The position numbers were made by a program, and so were the translations under genes. 32,000 nucleotides of DNA from Methanothermus fervidus DSM 2088 (GTDB taxonomy: Archaea; Methanobacteriota; Methanobacteria; DSM-2088; Methanothermaceae). This document shows positions 10,633-20,238 of this stretch, one piece after another. Below the pieces are notes generated by a model. The model was not told the DNA's origin. It ran no database searches and saw nothing but the letters and a program-made list of their open reading frames with translations. The stretch covers positions 570,001 through 602,000 of the forward strand of contig CP002278.1 of NCBI GenBank assembly GCA_000166095.1, in the 5' to 3' direction. The stretch's first letter is position 1. Every line of letters begins with the position of its first letter.

Positions 10633-11427
10633 ATGATAGGTAAAAAAATTAGGATGGAACGAATATTTGATAGAGAAAGTAAAAAAACTGTTATAGTACC
10701 CATGGACCATGGAGTGTCTCTTGGTCCAATAAAGGGCCTAAAAAACATGCCTAAAATAATAGATGAAGTAGCAAATGGGGGAGCAAATGCTGTATTATTA
10801 CACAAAGGCATGGTTGAAGCTGGTCACAGAGGATATGGAAGAGATATTGGACTTATAGTGCATCTTTCAGCTAGTACTTCTTTAGGACCAGATCCAAACC
10901 ACAAAGTACTTGTAACAACTGTTGAGGAAGCTATAAAGCTTGGAGCTGATGCAGTATCAGTACATGTCAATGTAGGATCTGAAGAGGAAGCAGAAATGTT
11001 AACAAAATTAGGCATGGTTGCTGAAGCATGTAGAGAATGGTCAATGCCATTATTATCTATGATGTATCCTAGAGGCAAAAAAATTGAAAATGAGCACGAT
11101 GTTGAAGTTGTTAAATTAGCTGCTCGTGTTGGAGCTGAATTAGGATCAGATGTTGTAAAAACAAATTATACAGGAGATCCAGATAGCTTCAAAGAAGTTG
11201 TAAAGGGTTGTCCAGTGCCAGTGGTTATTGCAGGAGGACCCAAAGTTGAAACAGAAGAAGAATTTTTAGAAATGGTAAAAGGTGCTATAGAAGCAGGAGC
11301 ATCTGGAGTTGCAATTGGTAGAAATATATTCCAAGCAGAATCTCCTGAAAAGATGACAAAAGCTGTTTCTGCAATAGTACATAAAAACTTTGATGTAGAA
11401 GAAGCATTGGAAATTTTAAAGGAGTAA
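10633..11427 (+). CDS. aroA': 2-amino-3,7-dideoxy-D-threo-hept-6-ulosonate synthase (class I aldolase family)
   Basis: 264 aa and near-colinear with my recollection of M. jannaschii MJ0400: [65 protein letters not shown]. Confidence 0.92.
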   Translation: MIGKKIRMERIFDRESKKTVIVPMDHGVSLGPIKGLKNMPKIIDEVANGGANAVLLHKGMVEAGHRGYGRDIGLIVHLSASTSLGPDPNHKVLVTTVEEAIKLGADAVSVHVNVGSEEEAEMLTKLGMVAEACREWSMPLLSMMYPRGKKIENEHDVEVVKLAARVGAELGSDVVKTNYTGDPDSFKEVVKGCPVPVVIAGGPKVETEEEFLEMVKGAIEAGASGVAIGRNIFQAESPEKMTKAVSAIVHKNFDVEEALEILKE

Positions 11428-12561
11428 ATGAAAATGAAGTTCATATGGTTACTTTTGCCTAAAGGGGACTGGGAATACAAAAAGAAATTTGTAACAACAG
11501 CCTTAGAATCAGGAATTGATCATATAGTGGACTTTAGTAACGATATCGACAAAATTAAAAAACTTGGTAATATTAAAGTTATATCAAATAGAGAAAATGC
11601 GGACATATTTTTAATTGGTAAAAATGGAGAAGGAAATGGTACATTGTCTGTTCCTAGTGATGCTAAAGAATCTAAAGATATTGCAACTGCTACGAGTTTT
11701 AAGAAAAAGGGAAAAGTTACTGCTGCATATGTAGAGGTAACTAGTAAAAAACATGAAAAATTAGCTAGAAACATTGGGAAAGTTGTGGATTATGTAATAT
11801 TGGTTGGCAAAGATTGGAAGGTAATACCTCTAGAAAATGTAATAGCAGATTTACAGGGTGAAAAAGCAAAAATAATTGCGGCAGTTTCAGACGTTGATGA
11901 AGCAAAAGTGGCATTGGAAACATTGGAACATGGAGCTGATGGTATATTAATACAGCCATCAAAACTATCTGAAATAAAAGAATTTGTAAAAGTGGTTGAA
12001 GACATTGAAGCAAAGAGATATGATCTCAAAACAGCTAAGATAACTAAGATAAAACCTGTGGGATCTGGTGACAGAGTATGTATAGATACGTGTTCATTGA
12101 TGAATATTGGTGAAGGAATGCTTGTTGGATCTTATTCTCATGGATTTTTCTTAGTTCATAGTGAAACTCTTGAAAGTGAATATGTTGAGGCAAGACCTTT
12201 CAGAGTAAATGCAGGGCCAGTGCATGCATATATAATGATGCCTAACCACAAAACCAAATATCTTTCAGAATTAAAAAGTGGCGATGAGGTCTTAATTGTT
12301 GACAGTAAAGGCAATGGAAGAAAAGCTATTGTAGGCAGAGTAAAAATCGAGAAAAGACCTTTATTGCTTATAGAAGCTGAGTGTGAAGGTATGAAAATTG
12401 CAACTTTACTTCAAAATGCAGAAACAATTAGACTTGTAAATGAAAAAGGTAAGCCAGTGTCAGTTTCAGAGTTAAAAGAAGGTGATAAAGTATTAGTTCA
12501 TATAGAAGAAAGCGCCAGACATTTTGGAATGGCTATAAAAGAAAGTATAATTGAGAAATAG
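11428..12561 (+). CDS. aroB': 3-dehydroquinate synthase II (archaeal type)
   Basis: 377 aa, starting immediately after aroA' with a 0-nt gap. FIWL......W...K..VTTALESG, RVCIDTCSL and FRVNAGPVHAY are typical of the MJ1249 family. Confidence 0.9.
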   Translation: MKMKFIWLLLPKGDWEYKKKFVTTALESGIDHIVDFSNDIDKIKKLGNIKVISNRENADIFLIGKNGEGNGTLSVPSDAKESKDIATATSFKKKGKVTAAYVEVTSKKHEKLARNIGKVVDYVILVGKDWKVIPLENVIADLQGEKAKIIAAVSDVDEAKVALETLEHGADGILIQPSKLSEIKEFVKVVEDIEAKRYDLKTAKITKIKPVGSGDRVCIDTCSLMNIGEGMLVGSYSHGFFLVHSETLESEYVEARPFRVNAGPVHAYIMMPNHKTKYLSELKSGDEVLIVDSKGNGRKAIVGRVKIEKRPLLLIEAECEGMKIATLLQNAETIRLVNEKGKPVSVSELKEGDKVLVHIEESARHFGMAIKESIIEK

Positions 12562-12569
12562 GTGATAAG

Positions 12570-13124
12570 TTGAGAACTTTTTTAGCTATTGATCTCGATT
12601 CAGAGTTACATCAAAAAGTAATTGAAATTCAGAAAAAATTAAAGGAAACTAAAGCAGACATAAAATTTGTAACACCTGAAAATTTACATTTTACACTTAA
12701 ATTTTTTGGTAATATTGATGAAAAACAATTAAATGAAATATCAAATATTGTTAAAAAGAGTATAGAAGATTTTCATGAGTTTGAATTGCATCTGAAAGGC
12801 ATTGGAGTTTTTCCAAATAAAAAATATATTCGTGTCATTTGGATTGGTGTAGACAATCCTGAATATTTCATCAAGTTACAGAAAAAATTAGACATTGAAT
12901 TTAATAAAATAGGTTTTGATTTGGAAAGAGATTACGTTCCTCATTTAACCATTGGCAGGGTAAAAACTGCAAGAAATAAAGATAGATTAATCAAAAAAAT
13001 AAATGAATTAGAAAATGTAACTGTAGGTTCGATGAAAGTTAAAGAATTATCTCTCAAAAAAAGTATATTGAGGCCTGAAGGTCCAAAGTACAAAGACTTA
13101 CAAATATTCACTCTTAGTAAGTGA
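12570..13124 (+). CDS. thpR: RNA 2',3'-cyclic phosphodiesterase / 2'-5' RNA ligase family (2H phosphoesterase)
   Basis: 184 aa. The TTG start lies 3 nt after GGTGAT. There are two H-x-T motifs (LHFTLKFFG and PHLTIGRV), and the N-terminus is MRTFLAIDL. Confidence 0.88.
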   Translation: MRTFLAIDLDSELHQKVIEIQKKLKETKADIKFVTPENLHFTLKFFGNIDEKQLNEISNIVKKSIEDFHEFELHLKGIGVFPNKKYIRVIWIGVDNPEYFIKLQKKLDIEFNKIGFDLERDYVPHLTIGRVKTARNKDRLIKKINELENVTVGSMKVKELSLKKSILRPEGPKYKDLQIFTLSK

Positions 13125-13128
13125 TACT

Positions 13129-14490
13129 ATGAAGTACAGAGAAATATTGGATGAAATAAAACCTAAAAAGTCTGAAAAGGAAAAAATAGAAACGCTTTGC
13201 AAAACATTAATTGACAATATTAATGACATTGCCAAGAAAGAAAACATACCTGTTGAGGCAACACTTGTAGGTTCTGTTGCAAAAGGCACATGGCTTTCTG
13301 GAAAAGCAGATATAGATATTTTTCTACCATTTCCATTAACTACACCAGAAGATGAACTCAGAGAAAAAGGCTTATATCTAGGACATGAATGCATAAAAAA
13401 AGTTGGGGGAAAAGCTGAAGAAAAATATGCTGCACATCCATATGTTACTGGTCATATACAGGGATATGAAGTTGATTTTGTACCATGTTATAAAATAAAA
13501 GATGCTAATCAACTTAGATCAGCCGTAGATCGAACACTATTACATACAAAATATATACAAGAAAATTTAGATGAAGAGAAGAAAGATGAAGTGTTGTTGC
13601 TAAAAAAATTTATGGAAGGAATTGAAACCTATGGTTCAGAATTTAAAGTTGGTGGTTTTTCAGGTTATTTATGCGAACTTTTAATCCTTTATTATGATTC
13701 ATTTGAAAATGTTTTAAAGGCTGCCAGTAATGAATGGAGACCTGGTTATGTTATAGATATAGAAAATTATGGAACTTCAAGGAAATTTAGAGATCCTTTA
13801 ATAGTTATAGATCCTGTTGATAAAAATAGAAATGTTGCCTCTGCATTAACAATGCAAAAAATGACTGAATTTATAGTTGCAGCTAGAAATTTCCTTGAAA
13901 ATCCAAAAAAAGATTACTTTTACCCTGTGAAACTTAAAGTTTCAAAAGAAGAATTAAAAAAAGAAATTAAAAAAAGAGGAAGTAGGATAGTTGCAGTTAT
14001 CTTTAAACATCCAAAATTACCTGCAGACACACTTTATCCACAATTGAAAAAAACAGAAATGTCCATTAAGAAGCATTTAAACAAAGAAGGATTTAAAGTG
14101 CTTAGAAGTGGACACTGGAGTAATGAAGAAGATTTAGGATTTTTAATATTTGAATTTGAAGTTTGGAGATTACCTAAATATAAAAAACATTTTGGTCCGA
14201 AATTTTGGATAAAAAAACATTATTACAGGTTTTTAAGAAAATATGGTAAAGAAAATGTGTGGGTAGAGAAAGACAGAGTTGTATCAAGAAGGGAAAGGAA
14301 AAATTACAAAGTAGAATCTTATATAAAAGAATTATTAAAAAGTGGAAAAATAAGAGTAGGTAAAGACATTAAAAATTATGTTAGTAAATCCAAGGTAATG
14401 AATGAAACAGAATTCTTAGATTATGTGCCAAAACAATCTTTAGAATTTCTAAAAAAATTTTTAAATCCAGGCATACATTTATGGAGATAG
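13129..14490 (+). CDS. cca: CCA-adding tRNA nucleotidyltransferase, archaeal class I
   Basis: 453 aa. The nucleotidyltransferase signature is GSVAKGTWLSGKADIDIF. It also has HPYV, VD.VPCY and LLKKF....GIYG-like blocks. Confidence 0.92.
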   Translation: MKYREILDEIKPKKSEKEKIETLCKTLIDNINDIAKKENIPVEATLVGSVAKGTWLSGKADIDIFLPFPLTTPEDELREKGLYLGHECIKKVGGKAEEKYAAHPYVTGHIQGYEVDFVPCYKIKDANQLRSAVDRTLLHTKYIQENLDEEKKDEVLLLKKFMEGIETYGSEFKVGGFSGYLCELLILYYDSFENVLKAASNEWRPGYVIDIENYGTSRKFRDPLIVIDPVDKNRNVASALTMQKMTEFIVAARNFLENPKKDYFYPVKLKVSKEELKKEIKKRGSRIVAVIFKHPKLPADTLYPQLKKTEMSIKKHLNKEGFKVLRSGHWSNEEDLGFLIFEFEVWRLPKYKKHFGPKFWIKKHYYRFLRKYGKENVWVEKDRVVSRRERKNYKVESYIKELLKSGKIRVGKDIKNYVSKSKVMNETEFLDYVPKQSLEFLKKFLNPGIHLWR

Positions 14491-14497
14491 AGGGGCA

Positions 14498-15391
14498 ATG
14501 AAATTCAGAGAAATCAGTGAAGAAGAAAGAAGGAGATATTATAGACATTGGAGTGTAAAAAAAGTACCTAAATTTATAATAAAATCTCTAAAATTTAGAG
14601 AATTTGCTTTTGATCATGATGGAAGTGGTCCTAGCGATAGATACCGTAGCTTTAAAAATAAGAGAAAGTTAGAGAAATTCATCAAAATTAGGGCACCTTA
14701 TGCTATATATTCTTCAGTAGCATTCTATGAGAAACCTCATAAAAGAGAAGGTTGGAAAGGGGCAGAACTTGTTTTTGATATAGATGCAAAAGATTTGCCT
14801 ATTAAAAAATGTAAATGTAAAAATGCATGTGAAATTTGTTTAGAACAGGCAAAAGACATTGTTAAAATAATAAACAGTATATTAAGGAATGATTTTGGAT
14901 TAGAAAAAATTCATATTATTTATTCTGGTCGTGGATACCATATTCGTGTTCTTGATAAAGATGTTTTGGAATTGGATAGTGAAGTGAGGCGTGAGATATT
15001 AAAATATGTTGTTGGTTGGGATGATCCAGGCAGCGATGTATTTTTCACAATACCAATAGGTTATCCCAAAGTATTTACAAAGTGGATGAAATATATTTTT
15101 TTAAATATTGATGAGAATTCCAAAGTTGAGGGAATATCACGCTATACCTTAAGAAAAATTAGGAAAAATAGAGAAAAAATTAAAAAAAATGAATTTGGTA
15201 AACTTAGAATCAATTTAAAAAGATTGATAGATCCTATAAGAAATATAAATTCAAAACTTGTTGATACAAAAGTCACAATTGATGTTAATAGGATCCTCAG
15301 ATTACCTGGAAGTGTTCATTCAAAAGTTGGAGCAGTGTGTACAGAAGTCAATAGCTTAGATGACTTTAATCCAGAGGAGTGTTTAATATGA
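14498..15391 (+). CDS. priS: DNA primase small (catalytic) subunit
   Basis: 297 aa. It has the catalytic ELVFDIDAKD, a Zn knuckle (CKCKNACEIC), YSGRGYHIRV and the LRLPGSVHSK motif. Confidence 0.9.
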   Translation: MKFREISEEERRRYYRHWSVKKVPKFIIKSLKFREFAFDHDGSGPSDRYRSFKNKRKLEKFIKIRAPYAIYSSVAFYEKPHKREGWKGAELVFDIDAKDLPIKKCKCKNACEICLEQAKDIVKIINSILRNDFGLEKIHIIYSGRGYHIRVLDKDVLELDSEVRREILKYVVGWDDPGSDVFFTIPIGYPKVFTKWMKYIFLNIDENSKVEGISRYTLRKIRKNREKIKKNEFGKLRINLKRLIDPIRNINSKLVDTKVTIDVNRILRLPGSVHSKVGAVCTEVNSLDDFNPEECLI

Positions 15392-16569
15392 AAATATTTT
15401 TCATTGATCCATTGAGTAAAGAAGGTAAAGAAATAATTAGGCAAGATGATTCTCTAGATAATTTATTTGATAAACAAAGTATTGGGTACAGTTATGCTGA
15501 CATTGGATTGGCTAGATTAAAATGGTATTTTAATAAAAATTTCAGAGAATATGAATTTTTGTTTGATGAAAATATTGCAGAGTATGATGTAAAAGCTTTC
15601 TATGCATTGGCTCAGGCAATTGCAATAAAATTTGGGTCTAGTTCTCGTGAATCACGAATATTAATAGATTCACAAAAAGAACTAACTAAAGAAAGATTAA
15701 AATTATATCCCAGGTTAGAGGAAAAATTCATTGAAAAATTTGGAGACATTGTCAAGTGGACAGAATTAAAAGATGCCATAAAATATGGTAATATACGGTT
15801 TAAAGATTTATTGCTAGATGAAGGTAAAGTAATTTTAAGTGAAAAAAAATTTCAGGAAAAATTTGGAAAAAGATTTAAAAATAGAGATATTGGAAGGTTT
15901 TATAGGAAAATTGTAGGAAATAAACTAAAAGATATTATTTCAGGAATAGTCGCTGCAAAAGTCAAAAAATATATTAACAAAGTTTATGAGAAGGTTAAAT
16001 CTCAAGAAATTAAACCACATCCTAATATCAAAAAGATTGCAAAAGAAATATCTAGGATAACCACACGTCCCTCAAACATTGTTATAAAGCCAATGAAAAA
16101 ATCTCCACTGGATCCTAATGCATTTCCACCTTGTATAAAAAAAGCATTACAGGGTGTAAAATCAGGCTTAAGAAATTATGCCATAGTTACACTTTTAACA
16201 CCTTTTCTTTCACGTGCAAGACTTTGTCCAACGCTTTCTGGAAAGCGTAACTTAAAGATCTCTGATTATGATCCTAAGTTGAATATATTAAAAAATGAGA
16301 TACTTCCAATGATTTATAAAGCTGCAGAGAGATGTGACCCTCCTCTTTTTGAAGACGATCCACAAGAAAAACGTAATATAATTGCTAAATTAGGTTTTGG
16401 ACTTCATGAGGAACCTCATCTTGAAAATGAAGGGGAAAGCGAATGGTATTCTCCAATGAATTGTGATAAAATTCAAATATATGCTCCTGAATTATGTGAT
16501 CCTGATGAAACATGTAAAAAAGTCAACAATCCTCTAGTATATTATTTAAAAAAGAAAGGAGGGGATTAG
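15388..16569 (+). CDS. priL: DNA primase large subunit
   Basis: It follows priS with an ATGA start/stop overlap; GTG 15379 is the longer alternative. The C-terminal domain has PPCIKKAL plus further Cys residues ([22 protein letters not shown]), consistent with the PriL 4Fe-4S domain. Confidence 0.85.
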   Translation: MKIFFIDPLSKEGKEIIRQDDSLDNLFDKQSIGYSYADIGLARLKWYFNKNFREYEFLFDENIAEYDVKAFYALAQAIAIKFGSSSRESRILIDSQKELTKERLKLYPRLEEKFIEKFGDIVKWTELKDAIKYGNIRFKDLLLDEGKVILSEKKFQEKFGKRFKNRDIGRFYRKIVGNKLKDIISGIVAAKVKKYINKVYEKVKSQEIKPHPNIKKIAKEISRITTRPSNIVIKPMKKSPLDPNAFPPCIKKALQGVKSGLRNYAIVTLLTPFLSRARLCPTLSGKRNLKISDYDPKLNILKNEILPMIYKAAERCDPPLFEDDPQEKRNIIAKLGFGLHEEPHLENEGESEWYSPMNCDKIQIYAPELCDPDETCKKVNNPLVYYLKKKGGD

Positions 16570-16570
16570 T

Positions 16571-18223
16571 TTGAAAATTTTTGTAACTTGTGCACTGCCA
16601 TATGCAAATGGTCCATTACATCTTGGTCATTTACGATCAACCTATATTCCAGCAGACATATATTCAAGATATCAACGTATGGTTGGAAATGATGTATTAT
16701 TTGTTTGTGCAACAGATGAACATGGGACTCCAATAGCAGTTAAGGCAGAAAAAGAAGGAAAAGATCCATTAGAAATAACAACAAAATATTATAAGAAAAT
16801 AAAATCAGATTTAGATAAATGTGATATTTCATTTGATAATTTTTCAAGGACTAGCAGCGATATTCATTATAAAGTTGCACAAAATTTTTTCTTGAAATTG
16901 TATAAGAAAGGATACATTTATGAAAAAGAAATAAAACAATTCTATTGTACGAATTGTAAAAGGTTTTTACCTGATAGATATGTGGAAGGTATTTGTCCAT
17001 ACTGTGATTCTGAAGGTGCAAGAGGAGACCATTGTGAAGTATGTGGTAGACATCTAGAAGTTTTAGAACTTATAAAACCACGGTGTATATTATGTTCTGG
17101 AGAACCTGAAATAAGGAAATCAAAACATTATTTTTTTAAATTATCAAAATTTCAGAAGAAATTGAAGGAATGGGTTGAAAATAATGAAGAATTACCATCA
17201 AATGTCAAAAATTATACATTAGAATGGCTAAAGGAAGGATTAAATGATTGGATAATGACAAGAGATATGAAATGGGGAGTACCAGTTCCTCTTGAAGATG
17301 CTGAAGGAAAAGTTATATATGTTTGGGGGGAAGCATTCCTTGGATATATTTCCTCAGCTATTGAGTGGTCAAAGAAAAATAAAAAAGATTGGAAAGAATA
17401 TTGGGACAGTGGGGCCATACATTTCATTGGAAAAGATATAATATATCACCACACAATCTTTTGGCCTGCTATGTTAATGGCCTATGGTTGTAAACTTCCA
17501 AGGACTGTGATAGCTGGTGAATATTTATCATTAGAAGGAAAAAAGATGTCTACAAGTAAAAATTGGGTGGTTTGGGTCTCAGATTTTTTAAAGAGATTTG
17601 ATTCCGATCTTTTAAGGTATTATTTAACAATTAATGCTCCATTAACAAGAGACACAGATTTCTCTTGGGATGATTTCCAGAGAAGAGTAAATGATGAGCT
17701 TGCTGACATCCTTGGAAATTTCATCCATAGAGCTCTAATGTTCACTTATAGATTTTTTGATGCAAAAATACCAGAACCTTCAGAGTTTGGAGAGAAAGAT
17801 ATTGAATTTGAAGAAAGGATAAAAGAATCTCCAAAAATTGTTGGAAATTTCATAGAAAATTTTAAATTTAGAGATGGATTAATAGAGATAATGAAATTAG
17901 CAAGAGATGGTAATAAATACTTTAATGATCAAGAGCCGTGGAAAACATTCAAAGAAAATAAATATAAGGCTGCAACTTGCATATATTTATGTGACCAGGC
18001 TGTAAAAGCTATTGGAGTCTTAATAAAACCATATTTACCAAAAACTTCTTCAAATATTTTAAGCATGCTGAATCTAGATGATAATGTAAGATGGGAAGAT
18101 GCAAATGAATTTATAGAGCCAAATCATAAAATAAATAAACCTAAACCATTATTTTCAAAAATAAAATCAGAAGTAATTGAGAAAGAAAAAACCAAATTAA
18201 AAGAAAAGGTAAAAAATGAATGA
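16571..18223 (+). CDS. metG: methionine--tRNA ligase (core enzyme, no C-terminal appended domain)
   Basis: 550 aa. The TTG start follows AAGGAGGGGAT. It has the HIGH-type [11 protein letters not shown], a Zn knuckle ([18 protein letters not shown]...CILC) and the KMSKS-type KMSTSK. Confidence 0.95.
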   Translation: MKIFVTCALPYANGPLHLGHLRSTYIPADIYSRYQRMVGNDVLFVCATDEHGTPIAVKAEKEGKDPLEITTKYYKKIKSDLDKCDISFDNFSRTSSDIHYKVAQNFFLKLYKKGYIYEKEIKQFYCTNCKRFLPDRYVEGICPYCDSEGARGDHCEVCGRHLEVLELIKPRCILCSGEPEIRKSKHYFFKLSKFQKKLKEWVENNEELPSNVKNYTLEWLKEGLNDWIMTRDMKWGVPVPLEDAEGKVIYVWGEAFLGYISSAIEWSKKNKKDWKEYWDSGAIHFIGKDIIYHHTIFWPAMLMAYGCKLPRTVIAGEYLSLEGKKMSTSKNWVVWVSDFLKRFDSDLLRYYLTINAPLTRDTDFSWDDFQRRVNDELADILGNFIHRALMFTYRFFDAKIPEPSEFGEKDIEFEERIKESPKIVGNFIENFKFRDGLIEIMKLARDGNKYFNDQEPWKTFKENKYKAATCIYLCDQAVKAIGVLIKPYLPKTSSNILSMLNLDDNVRWEDANEFIEPNHKINKPKPLFSKIKSEVIEKEKTKLKEKVKNE

Positions 18224-19754
18224 AGAAGGATTAATAAGCAGAACAGAAAGATTACTTTCGGAAATAAAAAAAAGTAGCATTAAGGTAGATGACTTAAGGT
18301 CTTATGATAAAGCTTTTAAAATTTATAGAAAATTAAAGAGTACTCTTAATAAGCTTGAAAAAATTAAAAAAACAATGGAACTAAAGGGTTATAGAAGTCC
18401 ATATAGGTCCATAGCTAAATATTCAACTTACATTGAAGAACCTATTCATGAAGAGCCACATGAAATGGCTAGACATGCTAGATATTTCAGAATAAAAGCT
18501 TCTATAAGAAAAAACATATTAGACCGTGTTAATTCAGCTATAGCATCTCATAAAATTGCAATAAGTAACTTAGAGGAATACATAGAGTTAAAGTGTGTTA
18601 GATGTGGAAAAAGATTTAAAATATATGAAAAATGTGAATGTAATAGAGAAGATGAATATAAAGTGGTTCCAAATGAAAAAGGTATCCATAGAATAGAAAT
18701 AATTCCATATCTTCCTTTATCTGGAGATTACATGGTAAAAATATCTAAGTTAAGTAATTGGGCAAGAGAAGCTTTTAAAAAAATTGTACGTACGTTGAGA
18801 CATGAAAAGAGAGGCACGATAAAATCTACTTCTCTTGTCATAAGGGTGTTTGATGGAAAAAGATGGCTCAGAAAAAAAATCGTAATTAATGGTAGTTTTG
18901 AAGAATGTGAGAATAAATTGCGGAAAAAATATGGATCAAATTTACGTATAGAATTTATGCAATTTCATAGAAGAAAGGCAAGGATTATTGATGATAGATA
19001 CATTCGTAATGCACTTGCCTTAGGTTATACTTGTTTTTGTGAAAACAAGATAGAAAAATTAAAAAATGAGATATTTAACAGTGAAATGAAAAATCCTGAA
19101 TATTTTGAAGAATATTTAAGGATTATTAAAGATGTTGAGAGATCATTGTTATCACTGGATCCTGAAATTAGAGAGGAAATTAAAGAAGAGGAGATAAAGA
19201 AGGTTTTAAAAGAAAAAGGTTTTTTAAATGAAAATGAGGAACTCATAAAAGAAATTAGAGAAGATTTAAAAATTAAAAAAGAAATTGAAGAAGTATTTGT
19301 CAATGTCCCTATAACCTTATTATTGTGGGACATAGCTAATTATTATCTTTGCACATCATATGATCGAAGAACTAAACATTCTGGACCTTTTCCTGGCCTA
19401 CGACCAGTTCTAGATAGACATCAAGCAAAAATATTCAATGAATTTAACAAAAAAGCTGTTAAAATAATTAAGAAATATTTTATGGAGAAAATAGAGTACA
19501 TCCCTAACTTAAATGAAATAATCCTTGAAAATTTCAAAATAGAAAGGAAAATGAAAGGTCTTAGACTTAAAACAGATCCTTTTGCATTTGGGGCAGCCAT
19601 TGTTAACTTGAAGTCTGATATTGATATAGAAAAATGTTCTAAATTGTTTTCAACAACGCCTAAGAATATTAAAAGAGAAAAGAGAAACATAAAAATTATT
19701 ACAAAACCTTCATCAGACAAGGCTAAAAGATTCTTAGAGATTGTTAGAGGTTAG
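18216..19754 (+). CDS. conserved-looking archaeal hypothetical protein with a zinc-ribbon motif (possibly a DUF530-type family)
   Basis: 512-aa ORF overlapping the metG stop by 8 nt. It contains [16 protein letters not shown], a long Glu/Lys-rich helical insert, and [15 protein letters not shown] recognise no catalytic motif. The DUF assignment is from memory only. Confidence 0.45.
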   Translation: MNEEGLISRTERLLSEIKKSSIKVDDLRSYDKAFKIYRKLKSTLNKLEKIKKTMELKGYRSPYRSIAKYSTYIEEPIHEEPHEMARHARYFRIKASIRKNILDRVNSAIASHKIAISNLEEYIELKCVRCGKRFKIYEKCECNREDEYKVVPNEKGIHRIEIIPYLPLSGDYMVKISKLSNWAREAFKKIVRTLRHEKRGTIKSTSLVIRVFDGKRWLRKKIVINGSFEECENKLRKKYGSNLRIEFMQFHRRKARIIDDRYIRNALALGYTCFCENKIEKLKNEIFNSEMKNPEYFEEYLRIIKDVERSLLSLDPEIREEIKEEEIKKVLKEKGFLNENEELIKEIREDLKIKKEIEEVFVNVPITLLLWDIANYYLCTSYDRRTKHSGPFPGLRPVLDRHQAKIFNEFNKKAVKIIKKYFMEKIEYIPNLNEIILENFKIERKMKGLRLKTDPFAFGAAIVNLKSDIDIEKCSKLFSTTPKNIKREKRNIKIITKPSSDKAKRFLEIVRG

Positions 19755-19770
19755 AAAACAGGGAGGTAAA

Positions 19771-20238
19771 ATGGCAAGAAAAATACATGTTACAAAGCCA
19801 TTAACAATAAAAACAATAACAGAATTATTAGAAAAAAATCCAGACCTTGAAGAAATTACATGTCCTGCAAGTTTATATCGTCGAATATCTCCTAAATATA
19901 TTAAGGCCTTGAAAGAATTAGGTGTTAAAGTTAGAGCCACAAAAAGAGGAAGAGGAAGGCCCAGAAAATATTCAGAAAAGGACAAAGCGATGGTAAATAG
20001 ATTACTTAAAAAAGGCAAAACTCCAAAAGAAGTTTCTAAAATTATGAATATACCTCTAAAGACTGTGTATTACCTCAAAGGAAACTTAAAACTTAAAAGA
20101 GGTAAAAAACCAAAATACACGAAAGAAACAAGGTTAAAAGTTAAAAAGATGGCTAAAAAAGGAGTTAGTGCTAGAGAAATATCTAAAAAAATGAACATAC
20201 CTTTAAGAACTGTCTATTACATATTAAGGAGTGAGTAG
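19771..20238 (+). CDS. DNA-binding protein with two tandem Hin/resolvase-type HTH domains and an AT-hook
   Basis: The ATG at 19771 lies 3 nt after GGGAGGT, so the ORF-track TTG at 19741 is rejected; the product is 155 aa. GRPRKYSEKDKAMVNRLLKKGKTPKEVSKIMNIPLKTVYYL is duplicated as GKKPKYTKETRLKVKKMAKKGVSAREISKKMNIPLRTVYYI. Both copies resemble the Hin DNA-binding domain (GRPRAI...RLLEKG....IA..FGI.VSTLYRYF). Confidence 0.7.
   Translation: MARKIHVTKPLTIKTITELLEKNPDLEEITCPASLYRRISPKYIKALKELGVKVRATKRGRGRPRKYSEKDKAMVNRLLKKGKTPKEVSKIMNIPLKTVYYLKGNLKLKRGKKPKYTKETRLKVKKMAKKGVSAREISKKMNIPLRTVYYILRSE
19942..20226 (+). repeat. intragenic tandem duplication encoding two HTH modules (19942-20076 and 20095-20226)
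   Basis: About half of the aligned residues are identical between the two ~45-aa modules. The duplication is also visible at DNA level: atgaatatacctctaaagactgtgtattacctc versus atgaacatacctttaagaactgtctattacata. Confidence 0.75.

Noticed and set aside
10266-10811. Long antisense ORFs lie inside confirmed genes. Examples are 10266-10811 (181 aa), 8525-8935, 584-892, 953-1276, 2412-2774, 11166-11480, 19025-19333, 19421-19720, 28210-28581 and 29815-30159.
   Set aside because: They are fully nested opposite strongly supported genes. Their composition is Ser/Phe/Ile/Leu-rich low complexity, typical of the reverse complement of Lys/Glu-rich coding sequence. They lack SD sequences and any recognisable motifs.
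16405-16419. The pentapeptide HEEPH occurs in both PriL (nt 16405-16419) and the 512-aa orphan (nt 18447-18461).
   Set aside because: The flanking residues and the DNA sequences differ (cat gag gaa cct cat versus cat gaa gag cca cat). A single 5-mer in Glu-rich proteins is compatible with chance, and there is no extended similarity.
19741-19770. The ORF track gives upstream non-ATG starts for several genes: TTG 19741 for the HTH protein, GTG 28655 for the SBP, TTG 31276 for the RHH-like gene and ATG 30421 for the ABC ATPase.
   Set aside because: In each case a downstream start has a strong SD at 3-8 nt spacing (GGGAGGT, GGAGG, GGAGAG, GGAGAGGA). The extra residues also look non-native, for example by preceding the signal anchor or overlapping a TATA box.
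19771-20238. The Hin/resolvase-type HTH domains suggested a serine recombinase, invertase or IS remnant.
   Set aside because: There is no catalytic serine-recombinase domain, no flanking inverted repeats and no target-site duplication. The gene is tightly embedded in a housekeeping array with a 16-nt upstream spacer and a downstream junction of 8 nt or less. I therefore treat it as a cellular DNA-binding protein.
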